Shown here one piece after another: positions 50,800 to 60,631 of a DNA stretch of 64,000 bases. The stretch's first letter is position 1. Each line of letters begins with the position of its first letter. Source of the stretch: an uncultured Verrucomicrobiae bacterium (GTDB taxonomy: Bacteria; Verrucomicrobiota; Verrucomicrobiia; Limisphaerales; Palsa-1400); contig CAVXRD010000002.1 of assembly GCA_963764165.1 (NCBI GenBank), positions 192,001-256,000 of the forward strand. The letters are read 5' to 3'. The position numbers and the translations under genes were made by a program. A model generated the notes under the pieces. The model was not told where the DNA came from, did no database searches, and worked only from the letters and a program-made list of their open reading frames with translations.

Positions 50800-50917
50800 G
50801 CGCTTCCCAGGCAGGGACGCCTCGCCGAGGCGTCCTGGGATTTTCAGGAGCCCGAACGCGTCAGAAAAGCGCCACGGCCTCGGATACCTCGGCGAGGCGT
50901 CCCTACCTGGGAGGCGC
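50800..50917. repeat. Intact (IS-free) REP doublet between convergent genes
   Basis: GCAG+ggacgcctcgccgaggcgtcc (50811-50835), 46-nt spacer, ggatacctcggcgaggcgtcc+CTAC (50882-50906); outer arms gcgcttcccag/ctgggaggcgc extend the pairing. Confidence 0.9.
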
Positions 50918-51937
50918 TGTCGAAATTTGATTTGTTTCCGAGGCGGTCACATCGCTCATGGAGACATTGCGCGTAGCAAGCTGATTTGTCCCCTGCACCC
51001 CGAGGCTTCCTTGTTTGTTTCCGATAAACTCCCCGCCGGAAATAAGATTATTGGTGCAGGAAAGATCATTCACCTGAAATCCCCTTCCCCCGCTGTCAAC
51101 AACCCGAAGATTCTTGAAGATATTTCCAGCGCATTCCGAGTGCGGCCGCGTTCCCGCCTGCGCCATGAAAACGCCGTCGTGGTGGCTTTGAACGATCGTT
51201 ATGTTCCTGAACTCGTTATCATGCGAGTGACGCATGAAAATGCCGACGTCGTTGTTCGACATCACGGCAGTGTCAAACACATTGCCGCGGATATGCAAAT
51301 CCAAAGAAAGGCCCGCGCCAAGGTTGTCGTGCAAAACAAGCCGGCTGAAATGGCCCTCTCTCGTCTCGCAGCACGACAGCCCGTCGAACTGATTGTCATA
51401 AGCGGTTAGGCCGGAAACGCTCAATTGGCGGGCTTCGTCGGAAGTCACAAGTCCGCCGGAACGGCAGCTTTTGCAAATGACATTGTCAATCAATGTCTGC
51501 CGCGTGTTCATAACGACGATGCCGCTGTTATTGAGCGGGCTGCCGTTGGAAAGAGTGATCCATCCTTCCCTCTGCTGGTGGGCGCGATTTCCGTCAATGA
51601 CAAGGTCGCGCACCTGCTGCCGCACGGTGAGTTGCTTCACGCCGTAAATCGGCTGCCCCACAACGATCACGGGGCAATTGGCATTGTCCGCGAGAGCCAA
51701 AATTGTTTGCGCGCCCGCGCCGCGCAAAATCTGCCGGTCCTTGCGCAAAATAATGGGATAACGAATATCGTAAGTGCCCGCCTCAAGAACGACCTCGGCC
51801 GAAGCCTTGCCTTCATCCAAAGCGCGCTGAATGCCATTCCCGCCCGCGCCAGGCGGAACGCGCACAACACCCCCGTAACTCGAGATCGCAAGGCTTGCAA
51901 TCAGGCCAAGAAGAAAACGCCGATAACTCAAGGTCAT
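50903..51937 (-). CDS. Secreted right-handed parallel beta-helix (pectin-lyase-fold) protein
   Basis: Signal peptide, IQRALD, LEAGTY, LRGAG, LVIDGNR, Asn/Gly-rich coils. Confidence 0.8.
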   Translation of the reverse strand: MTLSYRRFLLGLIASLAISSYGGVVRVPPGAGGNGIQRALDEGKASAEVVLEAGTYDIRYPIILRKDRQILRGAGAQTILALADNANCPVIVVGQPIYGVKQLTVRQQVRDLVIDGNRAHQQREGWITLSNGSPLNNSGIVVMNTRQTLIDNVICKSCRSGGLVTSDEARQLSVSGLTAYDNQFDGLSCCETREGHFSRLVLHDNLGAGLSLDLHIRGNVFDTAVMSNNDVGIFMRHSHDNEFRNITIVQSHHDGVFMAQAGTRPHSECAGNIFKNLRVVDSGGRGFQVNDLSCTNNLISGGEFIGNKQGSLGVQGTNQLATRNVSMSDVTASETNQISTAPPR

Positions 51938-52021
51938 CGGCAGAGAATCTAAAGCCAACCGCGATGGCGGCAAGAGTGGTAGTTTTCCTACGAAGGCGAA
52001 GTTGCTTCGCGCCGACTGCGA

Positions 52022-52489
52022 TCAAGCAGGGGCGGTAAAGGCGTCGTGCAGAGAAAGAACGCCCGAATCCTCGTTGTAAATAAAGCCAAGCCCGTGGCGC
52101 GAGGCAATTTTCTTGAGCTCGCGCACAACGCGCTCGACAGATCGGCCAGTGACTGCGCCCATAGGCAGGAGGCCTAATGCCGCATTTTTTCCCGCATGAC
52201 GCTTCGCCCATCCATCAAGCCAGCGCAAAAAATCAGCTCCCGGCGTGTTCGTTTCGCCGAACGCAACCACCGCCAATTCAGCTTCCGCAGGGTTTCCCGC
52301 CGACCACCTGGCCGAATTCATTTTAGGCAGCAGGCCGAATTTGAAAGAGTTGACGTTGAAGAGGCGTTTGTTGTGCAGCCTCTCCGAGATGCGCCCCAGC
52401 AAATTGAAAATTGCGCCCCGAGTGCGCGCTGTATCGTACGCCAGCACGACATGGATGGCCGGAGTGGATTTGGAACGGGCCGTTTTCAT
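52022..52489 (-). CDS. Hypothetical protein (alpha/beta, possibly receiver-like)
   Basis: Fills the intergenic space with a plausible ORF; no catalytic motif recognised. Confidence 0.55.
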   Translation of the reverse strand: MKTARSKSTPAIHVVLAYDTARTRGAIFNLLGRISERLHNKRLFNVNSFKFGLLPKMNSARWSAGNPAEAELAVVAFGETNTPGADFLRWLDGWAKRHAGKNAALGLLPMGAVTGRSVERVVRELKKIASRHGLGFIYNEDSGVLSLHDAFTAPA

Positions 52490-52607
52490 AAAATCATTCT
52501 CGTCGAGGTTAAGACAGTTTCTTTCCCCTTCTGTTCAACGAATTTCGCACACGTTTTATTCATTGCCAAAAATAATTCGCAACTTTTCTGTTGACGGAAA
52601 TTGCAAA

Positions 52608-52629
52608 GTGTACCAATGTAGTAATACAC
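52608..52629. promoter_or_regulatory. YtrA-type operator palindrome
   Basis: GTGTACCAATGTAGTAATACAC immediately before the GntR ATG; TTGACG at 52591. Confidence 0.7.
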
Positions 52630-52630
52630 A

Positions 52631-53023
52631 ATGCAATTGCACGTTTCAACCGCCGACGGAATTCCGATCTACTTGCAGATCGCGACGCAGGTGAAACACC
52701 TCGTGGCGTCGGGGCGGCTGACGGCGGGCGACGAAATTCCGCCAATACGCGTGCTGGCGCAGCAACTGATCGTTAATCCGAACACCGTCGCGCGGGCTTA
52801 TCTGGAACTGGAGCGGGAAGGCGTTGTGGAGAAACGGCATGGTTCGGGCACCTACATTTCCGACGGCGGCTCGCCTTTGGCCCGCAAGAAGCGGCTCAGG
52901 ATTCTCACGGAGCGAATCGACGCGCTGCTCGCCGAGGCCAGCCACTTGAACATCGAGCCGGCGGAGTTGCTGAGGCTTGTGAAAGAACGCATCCAATCCA
53001 ATCAAACCAAGGAGCAATCATGA
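52631..53023 (+). CDS. GntR-family (YtrA subfamily) regulator
   Basis: PIYLQI, PPIRVLA..L.VNPNTVARAY.ELE; short C-terminus. Confidence 0.93.
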   Translation: MQLHVSTADGIPIYLQIATQVKHLVASGRLTAGDEIPPIRVLAQQLIVNPNTVARAYLELEREGVVEKRHGSGTYISDGGSPLARKKRLRILTERIDALLAEASHLNIEPAELLRLVKERIQSNQTKEQS

Positions 53024-53922
53024 ATAATTCTGGAACAGAAAACGCCGTGGAAATCGCGGGCCTGAGCCGAAAATTCGGCGCGAAGCTGGCGCTGAATCAA
53101 GTGCGGCTGAACATCAAGCGAGGCCGCGTCTTCGGACTCGTCGGCGCGAACGGCGCGGGCAAGACCACGCTGATCAAGCACCTGCTCGGGCGCTTGAAAG
53201 CGGAGAGCGGCACCGTGCGCGTATTCGGTTTTGATCCGGTCACGCATCCCGTCGAAGTGCTCAGCCGCACGGGATATTTGTCGGAGAATCGTGATCTTCC
53301 TGCGTGGATGCGCATCGACGAATTGATTCGCTACACCGCGGCGTTCTATCCGAAATGGGACGCCGCCTACGCCGAGCAATTGCGAAAGCAATTCAACCTC
53401 GACAACCGCGCGAAGATCAAGACGTTGTCGCGCGGCGAGAACGCGAAAGCCGGACTCCTCTTGGCGTTGGCGTATCGCCCGGAAATGCTTCTTCTTGACG
53501 AACCCAGCTCTGGACTCGACCCGCTGGTCCGACGGGACATTCTGGAGGCAATCATTCGAACGGTCGCGGACGAAGGGCGGACGGTCATTTTTTCATCCCA
53601 CCTTTTGGAGGAAGTGCAGCGGGTGGCCGATGACGTGGCGATGATGTTCAACGGAAAAATCGTTCTCAACGGTGCTCTGGATTCCGTTAAGGAAAGCCAT
53701 AGCCGCCTCGTATTTCGTTTTGACAAGCCGCAGACCTCCCCGCCAGGCATTCGCGGCGTGCTAAGCCTCAGCGGCAGCGGACAGGAATGGACGGCGATTT
53801 GCAACGGACAGCGTGATGAGGCGGTGGCTGCCGCGGCTCGGCTGGGCGCGCGCGTGGTCGCCGAGGATTGCCCGACATTGGACGATATCTTCGTCGCTGT
53901 CGCTGGCAGGAAATCAGAATAG
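53020..53922 (+). CDS. ABC transporter ATP-binding protein (YtrB-like)
   Basis: GANGAGKTT, LSRGE, LLLDEP, SSH. Confidence 0.93.
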   Translation: MNNSGTENAVEIAGLSRKFGAKLALNQVRLNIKRGRVFGLVGANGAGKTTLIKHLLGRLKAESGTVRVFGFDPVTHPVEVLSRTGYLSENRDLPAWMRIDELIRYTAAFYPKWDAAYAEQLRKQFNLDNRAKIKTLSRGENAKAGLLLALAYRPEMLLLDEPSSGLDPLVRRDILEAIIRTVADEGRTVIFSSHLLEEVQRVADDVAMMFNGKIVLNGALDSVKESHSRLVFRFDKPQTSPPGIRGVLSLSGSGQEWTAICNGQRDEAVAAAARLGARVVAEDCPTLDDIFVAVAGRKSE

Positions 53923-53937
53923 CAGAAAGGAAGATTT

Positions 53938-55602
53938 GTGAACTCACCGTCCTCCGCCTTCGCCTGGGAATTGTGGACCCGGCATAACCGCCGTCTCATA
54001 ACAATGGCTCTCTTGCTTGTCGGCTTTGCCGCACTCTATCCGTTGATGTGTTCGATCTCGGGCTTTGACTTGACTGCTCCGGACGCCTTGGAAGCGCTGG
54101 GTCGCGCTATTCAACCCGGACGGGCGGAGACGGGCGCATTCCAACGAGTAGCGCATGGGCTATGGCTTCTTGCGCTCACTTGCGGGCCAGCCGGGGTCAT
54201 GTTGATCTCGCTTCTTTTCATCATGTGGATCTCGACCTTCACCACCTTTGATCCCGGGTCGAAGGACGCGATGGCATTCCCCATGCGCCTCTTCACATTG
54301 CCTGTGACGACTTCGTTTCTGTTCTGGTGGATGACGCTGGCTGGCCAGCTCGGAGTGATTGTGTTTCACACAAGCTGGGTGTGGCTGGTGCGCATGCCGA
54401 ACATGGAATTGTTTGGCAGCTATCGAAACTGTTTCCTCTGGATGACAATGCTCGCGTTGACGCAAGGGATCACCTGGTCGCTGGCGGCATGGCCGGTATT
54501 GCGAACGTGCCTCCTGGGTGGACTGGGTTTTGGCGTGGTGATGTCTCCCGCCTGGCCCACTGCTGAGTCGTACGCTCCGTGGCTTTTTGGGTTGCTTGTG
54601 GGAGGTATGGTTTTGGGGAGAGTGGGGCTGGAGAAAATTCGGCATGGCCAGTGGCAGAGCTGGGATTGGGACCAAATCATCGCGAGAATCCGGCCAAGTG
54701 GAGAGTTGCGCGGCCCTACGGCATTCTCTTCCCCGGAGCAGGCGCAGCTTTGGTTTGAGTGGAGGCGATTTGCCCGCCGGCTGTGCATCTACATGGTGGC
54801 GTCAAGCATAATTCCAATGCTGGGGCTGCTTGCCCTCCGGGTTCTCTGGTTTCGCAAGCCGGTTCAGGGCGAAAGCGCCTTTCAAATTGGGGTGATTCTG
54901 ATGGCAATGCCGATCGTGGTGCATCTTTGTTTTTCGCTCGCTCAATCAAAGATGGACATCCAATTTGCGATGCTCCGTCCACTGACCAACGGACAAATCA
55001 TCATGGCCACGCTAAAGGCCTCGGGAATTTTTACAATTGCTTCATGGCTGCTCGCGGGGGTCTCCGTGGCCGCAATTCCGCTCCTGGGCCGTTGGTCAAC
55101 ACCGGAGCGGTCGTTCACGACGGCGGCCGAGTATTGGCCGATTACGGGCCTTGCCCTGGCGCTTCTTTGCTGGCGGCTTATCGCGGTCAATCTCGGGTTC
55201 GCGGTGTCCGACCATCCCCGGCTAAAGCCGTTTCCTGCGATCTTCCTCATCGGCGCCTATGCTTTGACTTTTAGCCTGGCGGTGCTCAGCCATTACGAAA
55301 AATATTGGAACAGCTTTATTCAGTGGCTGCCAGCCATTCTTGCGTGCCTTGTGGGACTGAAGATGGTGCTTGGGCTGACTGCGTTTCGTTTGTCAATCAA
55401 ACGGCGTTTGTTGTCAGCCTCCGCGGCGGGCCGCTATTTCGCGGTCTGGTGCCTCATGGCCGCCGTGGTGATGGCGCCCGTGATCATGTCCTTTCACGGA
55501 AGGGAGGGTCTCATTTCGGCGCTGCTTGGCATAATAGTATTGACGCCATTCGCAAGGATTGGATTCGCCCCGCTCGGCCTCGAATTCAGCCGGCACCAAT
55601 GA
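53938..55602 (+). CDS. Polytopic membrane protein, probable ABC permease
   Basis: About 12 hydrophobic segments in two halves (AWELW / LWFEW); in operon with the ATPase. Confidence 0.75.
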   Translation: MNSPSSAFAWELWTRHNRRLITMALLLVGFAALYPLMCSISGFDLTAPDALEALGRAIQPGRAETGAFQRVAHGLWLLALTCGPAGVMLISLLFIMWISTFTTFDPGSKDAMAFPMRLFTLPVTTSFLFWWMTLAGQLGVIVFHTSWVWLVRMPNMELFGSYRNCFLWMTMLALTQGITWSLAAWPVLRTCLLGGLGFGVVMSPAWPTAESYAPWLFGLLVGGMVLGRVGLEKIRHGQWQSWDWDQIIARIRPSGELRGPTAFSSPEQAQLWFEWRRFARRLCIYMVASSIIPMLGLLALRVLWFRKPVQGESAFQIGVILMAMPIVVHLCFSLAQSKMDIQFAMLRPLTNGQIIMATLKASGIFTIASWLLAGVSVAAIPLLGRWSTPERSFTTAAEYWPITGLALALLCWRLIAVNLGFAVSDHPRLKPFPAIFLIGAYALTFSLAVLSHYEKYWNSFIQWLPAILACLVGLKMVLGLTAFRLSIKRRLLSASAAGRYFAVWCLMAAVVMAPVIMSFHGREGLISALLGIIVLTPFARIGFAPLGLEFSRHQ

Positions 55603-55608
55603 TTGCAA

Positions 55609-57018
55609 TTATTCCCATCCCCCGCCAAGGGCGCGGTAGATGTTGACCAAGTCGGACGAGATGGCTTGGCGGCTTTGGGCAAGCGCCGTTTCCGAGGCGA
55701 GCAGGGAGCGCTCGGCGTCGAGCACTGTCAAGAATTCCGTTGTGCCGGCCTGATAGAGCTGCTGGGACAATTGCAGCGCGCGCCTATTCTTGACAACGGC
55801 TTCGCTCAAAGCCTGGCGGTGATCCCATTCACGGGCGAATGCAACCAGGTTGCTTTCCACATCGGACAACGCGGTGAGCACCGTTTTCTGATAGGTGATA
55901 TAAGCGGCGTCGGTGGCGGCCTTTTGCAGGCGGACGTTGCTGATCATCGCGCCGCCGGAAAAAATCGGCCAAGTCATCTGCGGGCCGGCTGAATAAAAAC
56001 TGCTCGGCCCGGCGAACAAATCGCGCACGACGCTGTTCTGATAATTCACCGTGCCTGTCAATGAGAATTGCGGGTAGAAAGCCGATTCGGCTACGCCGAT
56101 CAACGCCGCCGCCGCGTGCAAATTCGCCTCGGCCGCGCGGATGTCGGGGCGGCGGCGCAACAAATCGGAAGGCAAGCCGACGGGCACGTTGGGCGGTGTG
56201 GGCGGAACCGCGCCGGGCTTCGATAATTCGTCCAGCAACGCGGCAGGCTCGCGGGCCAGCAAAACGCTCAAGGCAAAAATATTCTGCTGAATGGCCGTTT
56301 CCAAAGGCGGAATAGTCGCGGCGGTGGTGGCCACCTGCGCATCCGCGTTGGCTTCGTCGAGCGCGCTGGCAAATCCAGCCGAGCCCTTGAGGCGCGTGAC
56401 ATGCGCGGTGTGCGTTTCGGATTCGAGATTGGTTTGCGCGATGGCGATTTGCTCCTGCGCGCTGCGAACCTGGAAATAATCCAGCGCCACTTCCGAGGCC
56501 AATGTCACTTCCGCCGCGTACACATTTTCGCGCGCGGCCTTGATGGCGGCGTCATCGGACTCAAGCTGCCGCCGCGTGCCGCCAAAAAAATCGAGATTCC
56601 AAAGGCTTGATGCGCCCGCTCCAATCAAACTTCCCGATCCTCCAGAATACGGGCCGTGGAAAGTCCCGACACGCTCAGCGCTGCCGGTCGCGACAAGGTT
56701 CGGCCATAGTCCGCCCGCGTCCTTGCCGCGAATGGCGCGGGCCTCGCGAACCAGCGCTTCCGCGAGGCGAATATCGAGATTGGTCTTCAGCGCATTGGAG
56801 ATCAGCGTGTCCAACTCGGTGTCGTGGAAATTCGTCCACCAACGGGTGACGTAGGCGGCGTTCGTGTTCAGGAATGTGTAGGCGTTGGAAACGGAATTGC
56901 TGGCGCCGGACCACGCAGGCGGCGCATCGGTCTTGGGCGGATGGTAATCGGGCCCAACCTTGCAGCCCGCGATCAGCAAGGCGAGGCAAAGTGTGGTGAG
57001 GAGTGGATGAAGTTTCAT
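55609..57018 (-). CDS. NodT/TolC-family outer membrane efflux lipoprotein
   Basis: Lipobox LIAGC-KVGPDY, WWTNF.D..L, GLPSDLLRRRPDIRAAE, YRALGGGW. Confidence 0.93.
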   Translation of the reverse strand: MKLHPLLTTLCLALLIAGCKVGPDYHPPKTDAPPAWSGASNSVSNAYTFLNTNAAYVTRWWTNFHDTELDTLISNALKTNLDIRLAEALVREARAIRGKDAGGLWPNLVATGSAERVGTFHGPYSGGSGSLIGAGASSLWNLDFFGGTRRQLESDDAAIKAARENVYAAEVTLASEVALDYFQVRSAQEQIAIAQTNLESETHTAHVTRLKGSAGFASALDEANADAQVATTAATIPPLETAIQQNIFALSVLLAREPAALLDELSKPGAVPPTPPNVPVGLPSDLLRRRPDIRAAEANLHAAAALIGVAESAFYPQFSLTGTVNYQNSVVRDLFAGPSSFYSAGPQMTWPIFSGGAMISNVRLQKAATDAAYITYQKTVLTALSDVESNLVAFAREWDHRQALSEAVVKNRRALQLSQQLYQAGTTEFLTVLDAERSLLASETALAQSRQAISSDLVNIYRALGGGWE

Positions 57019-57028
57019 GTTCAATGCG

Positions 57029-58399
57029 TCACTCGTAGCGGAGCGCATCGATCGGGTCGAGCCGCGACGCTTTCCAGGCGGGATAAAAACCAAAGATGAT
57101 GCCCACGCTGGCCGAGACCACCACCGCCGCAATAATCGCCCCGATGGACGTCGCGGTAGGCCAATGTTTGACAATGCGGACGAGCCACGACGTGGCCCGG
57201 CCCAGCGCGATTCCAAAAATGCCGCCGAGCAAACAGAGCACCACCGCCTCTGTCAAGAATTGCCGCAAAATGTCCGATCCTTGCGCGCCGACGGCCATGC
57301 GCAAGCCAATCTCGCGCGTCCGCTCAGTGACCGACACGAGCATAATATTCATGATTCCGACGCCGCCGACGACCAATGAAATCAAGGCCACGATCAAAAG
57401 CAGATTCGTCATCAATTCCGTCGTCGAACTCATCGTCTTCATAATTTCCGTGAGGTCGCGAATCGTAAAATCATCCGGCATTTCGCCGCGCAGATGATGC
57501 CGTTCCCGCATGAGAGAGGTGATTTCGTCGATGGCGCTATGCACGGTCTCCCCGCTTCGGGCGGCGGCCACGATTTGATCAATTCCGGCAAAACGAACCG
57601 GGGCAGGCGTGTCGGCGGCTTGCACGGCGGACGGCGCGGAATACAGGCTGAGCGCATAGTTCGGATAAACCTGGCTCGGCAGCGGCGCGGTGCTGGCGGC
57701 CGCGGCGGAGGCGCTCAGATTCGGGGTTGAAACGGAGGCGCCGGTAACGCGGAATTTGATCGTCGTCCACGGCGCGAGCACCACGTCGTCCTGGTCGGAT
57801 CCCATCATGTTGGCGCCCTTGGGCCGCAGCACGCCAATGACTTTCATATTGACGTTCTGCATGCGGATATCCTTGCCGATGGGAGACTCCCCGGCGAAGA
57901 GTTCGCGCACAATTGTTTGTCCGACGAGGCAGACTTTGCTGCAATTGCGAACATCGCGGTCGGTGAAGGCTTCGCCCTCGGCCATCTCCATCCAGTCGCG
58001 CACTTCCAAATAGGCGGGCGTCGTCCCGTACATTGAATTTGGAGCCCAATTGCGATTGCCGTAAACGATCTGAGTGCGGGTGCGGACAATGGGCGCGGCG
58101 GCGGTGATGGACGGGCATTCCGTCACGATCGCCTCCGCGTCATTTGGTGTAAGGGTGATCGCGCTCCCACTGCCGAAGCTCACGCCGCCAGCCGCCATGT
58201 TCCCGGGAAAGACCAGAAGGTTGAACGCCCCCATCGTCGCGATGGTGCGCTGGATGGCCAGGGTGGAGCCGTTGCCAATTTCCATCATTGCGATGACCGC
58301 CGCCACGCCGATGACGATGCCGAGCGTCGTCAACGCCGCGCGCATGACATTGCGGCGCAAGGCGCGCAAGGAAGTGGTGAGTATTCGGAGGAAGTTCAT
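57029..58399 (-). CDS. MacB-type ABC permease
   Basis: LTTLGIVIGVAAVI, GGVGIMNIMLVSVTERTREIGLR, ASRLDPIDALRYE. Confidence 0.94.
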   Translation of the reverse strand: MNFLRILTTSLRALRRNVMRAALTTLGIVIGVAAVIAMMEIGNGSTLAIQRTIATMGAFNLLVFPGNMAAGGVSFGSGSAITLTPNDAEAIVTECPSITAAAPIVRTRTQIVYGNRNWAPNSMYGTTPAYLEVRDWMEMAEGEAFTDRDVRNCSKVCLVGQTIVRELFAGESPIGKDIRMQNVNMKVIGVLRPKGANMMGSDQDDVVLAPWTTIKFRVTGASVSTPNLSASAAAASTAPLPSQVYPNYALSLYSAPSAVQAADTPAPVRFAGIDQIVAAARSGETVHSAIDEITSLMRERHHLRGEMPDDFTIRDLTEIMKTMSSTTELMTNLLLIVALISLVVGGVGIMNIMLVSVTERTREIGLRMAVGAQGSDILRQFLTEAVVLCLLGGIFGIALGRATSWLVRIVKHWPTATSIGAIIAAVVVSASVGIIFGFYPAWKASRLDPIDALRYE

Positions 58400-59097
58400 G
58401 CGTGGGCGAGCAGGTCGGCCGGTTTCTCAACCAAACCGTCCTTGATGCGGATGACGCGCCTGGCGTGATTGGCGACGTTGGGGTCATGCGTCACCAGCAC
58501 GACCGTCAATCCCTCGTTCTTATTGAGGTCTTTGAACATCTGCAGAATTTCCTCGCTCGTTCGCGAATCGAGATTGCCGGTAGGCTCGTCCGCCAGCAAG
58601 AGGCTTGGTTTGTTGACCAGCGACCGCGCAATGGCGACGCGCTGCTGTTGTCCGCCGGAAAGCTGGGACGGATGATGATCCATGCGCTCGCCCAGGCCCA
58701 CTTTCTTCAGCAAGGCTGCGCCGCGTTCCTTCATCTCGCGGTCTGTCAAATGAACTTTTGAATAGCTCAGAGGCATGATGACATTGTCCAGCGCGCTGGT
58801 GCGGGAGAGCAGGTTGAAGCTTTGAAAAACAAAGCCGATCAAACGATTTCGCAGATGCGCCCGCTCGTTGGTGTTGGCGCCGGAGACTTCCATTCCTTCC
58901 AGCCAGTATTCGCCGCCGCTCGGATGATCAAGGCAGCCGAGAATATTCATCAGCGTGCTCTTGCCAGAACCGCTCGCGCCCATCAACGCCACCAATTCGC
59001 CCTTGGCGATCGAAAGCGAAACGCCCTTCAAGACGGGCACATCAACCTCGCCAAGATGGTATGTTTTGCGGACATCCCGCAATTCGATCAGGTCCAT
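58396..59097 (-). CDS. MacB/LolD-type ABC ATPase
   Basis: GASGSGKST, LSGGQQQRVAIAR, LADEPTGNLDS. Confidence 0.94.
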   Translation of the reverse strand: MDLIELRDVRKTYHLGEVDVPVLKGVSLSIAKGELVALMGASGSGKSTLMNILGCLDHPSGGEYWLEGMEVSGANTNERAHLRNRLIGFVFQSFNLLSRTSALDNVIMPLSYSKVHLTDREMKERGAALLKKVGLGERMDHHPSQLSGGQQQRVAIARSLVNKPSLLLADEPTGNLDSRTSEEILQMFKDLNKNEGLTVVLVTHDPNVANHARRVIRIKDGLVEKPADLLAHA

Positions 59098-59107
59098 ACT
59101 GCTGGCG

Positions 59108-60451
59108 CTAATTGGCCTTTCGGGCGGGTTTTTTGTTCCACGGATTTTGCGGCACAAATGGGTTATTGCCGGCGTTCATGTCGTCCCCGCCGCTGGCCAG
59201 TTGAATCCCCATGATCGCCTGCTGGCCCTCACGAAGCTCCTTCCCTTCAATTTCTGTTTCCGTGCCATCGGTCAATCCAGCCATGACCTCAATAGGTTTG
59301 ACAAATTCGCCATCCTCCACCCAAAACGTCGCGGGATGTTTCGCTTCGGAGGAATCCGGCATGGGCAGATGCCCGGCGATTTGTTTGGCGGCGGGCGAAT
59401 CGCGAAAGGCGGGCGCGATCTGGTCAAACATGGGTTTCCAGCGCAGGGCGGCGTTGGGCAGGAGCAGAACGTTGTGGCGCTCGCCGCTGAGAAATTGCGC
59501 ATTGGCCGTCAAGTAGGGCAGGAGCTTTCCATCGGAATTATCCGTGTTCACTTCAACCGTATATGTGACAACGTTCTGGGTCATCGTGGCGTTGAGGCGG
59601 ATTTTCCCGACGGTGCCCTTGAAGTTTTGATTCGGGAAGGCGTCCACAGTGAAATTTACCGGCTGTCCGGGATGGATGTTTCCGATGTCCGCTTCGTTGA
59701 CGGAGATCCAGACCTGCATGCGCGTCAAATCCTTGGCGATGAGAAAAAGACTTGGCGTGTTGAAGCTCGAAACGACCGTTTCGCCAATCGTCACCCGGCG
59801 GTCAATGATCACGCCCTTCACCGGCGCGGTGATGGTGCAGTAATCCAGCGTGCGCTGCGATTTGTCGAGCGTGGCGGCGGCTTGGACGGTGGTGGCTCGC
59901 GCCTGCAGCAACGAGGCTTCATCGAGGGCGACATTGGCCTTGGCGATTTCGTAATTCGCCTTGTAGGAATCGTAGGTGGTCGGCGCGAGCGCTTCGGAAG
60001 GGCCAAGTTTCTGGGCGCGATTCCAGTCGGCCTCAGCCTGCACCAGTTTCGCCTTCATCTGCTCAAGGTCGGCGGCGGCGCGGATTTCGCCCGCTTTGTC
60101 CTGGTCCAATTGCGCCTTGGCGAGATTCACGTCGGCGGCATAGAGGCTGTCGTCGATTTTTGCCAGCACAGTGCCTTCTTCGACGACGGAGCCGTAGTCA
60201 ATGGGCTTGCCGTTTTTATCTTTGCCGAAGACGTTGATTTGCCCGGCGACCTGCGCGCCGACGTCGACCACTTCCTCCGGCTCCAACGTTCCGGTGGCGG
60301 TAATGGAGACATAAAGATCGCCGCGTTTGACGGCAGCTTCGCGGTAGGGAATTTTGTGGGCGGCGCGGGCGCGCCATTCCCAGAGGCCCCATACGCCGCC
60401 GGCGACGACGAGGACGCCGAGGACGATTGCAGTTTTGAGGGATAATCGCAT
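59108..60451 (-). CDS. MacA-type periplasmic adaptor (membrane fusion protein)
   Basis: ATGTLEP..VVDVGAQVAG, ITAPVKGVII, VNEADIG. Confidence 0.92.
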   Translation of the reverse strand: MRLSLKTAIVLGVLVVAGGVWGLWEWRARAAHKIPYREAAVKRGDLYVSITATGTLEPEEVVDVGAQVAGQINVFGKDKNGKPIDYGSVVEEGTVLAKIDDSLYAADVNLAKAQLDQDKAGEIRAAADLEQMKAKLVQAEADWNRAQKLGPSEALAPTTYDSYKANYEIAKANVALDEASLLQARATTVQAAATLDKSQRTLDYCTITAPVKGVIIDRRVTIGETVVSSFNTPSLFLIAKDLTRMQVWISVNEADIGNIHPGQPVNFTVDAFPNQNFKGTVGKIRLNATMTQNVVTYTVEVNTDNSDGKLLPYLTANAQFLSGERHNVLLLPNAALRWKPMFDQIAPAFRDSPAAKQIAGHLPMPDSSEAKHPATFWVEDGEFVKPIEVMAGLTDGTETEIEGKELREGQQAIMGIQLASGGDDMNAGNNPFVPQNPWNKKPARKAN

Positions 60452-60631
60452 TCTAATTCTCAAATACTCTCACCCGGCCGCGTGACGTGCCGGAAAACGG
60501 AGCAAGACGCAAAGCGCGTTCAATCCGTGTCTTTGTAAATAGATGCCGGGAGCGGAGTGTTTATTCAAGTGTGTACTAAATCAAAATTGCTGAGTTGATT
60601 GGAAAATTTGCTTTTTTTTGACCGCGGCGCC

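Noticed and set aside
2299..50906. REP-spacer-REP units as CRISPR or guide-RNA arrays
   Set aside because: Units are inverted doublets dispersed through the window, not tandem direct repeats, and no cas genes are present.
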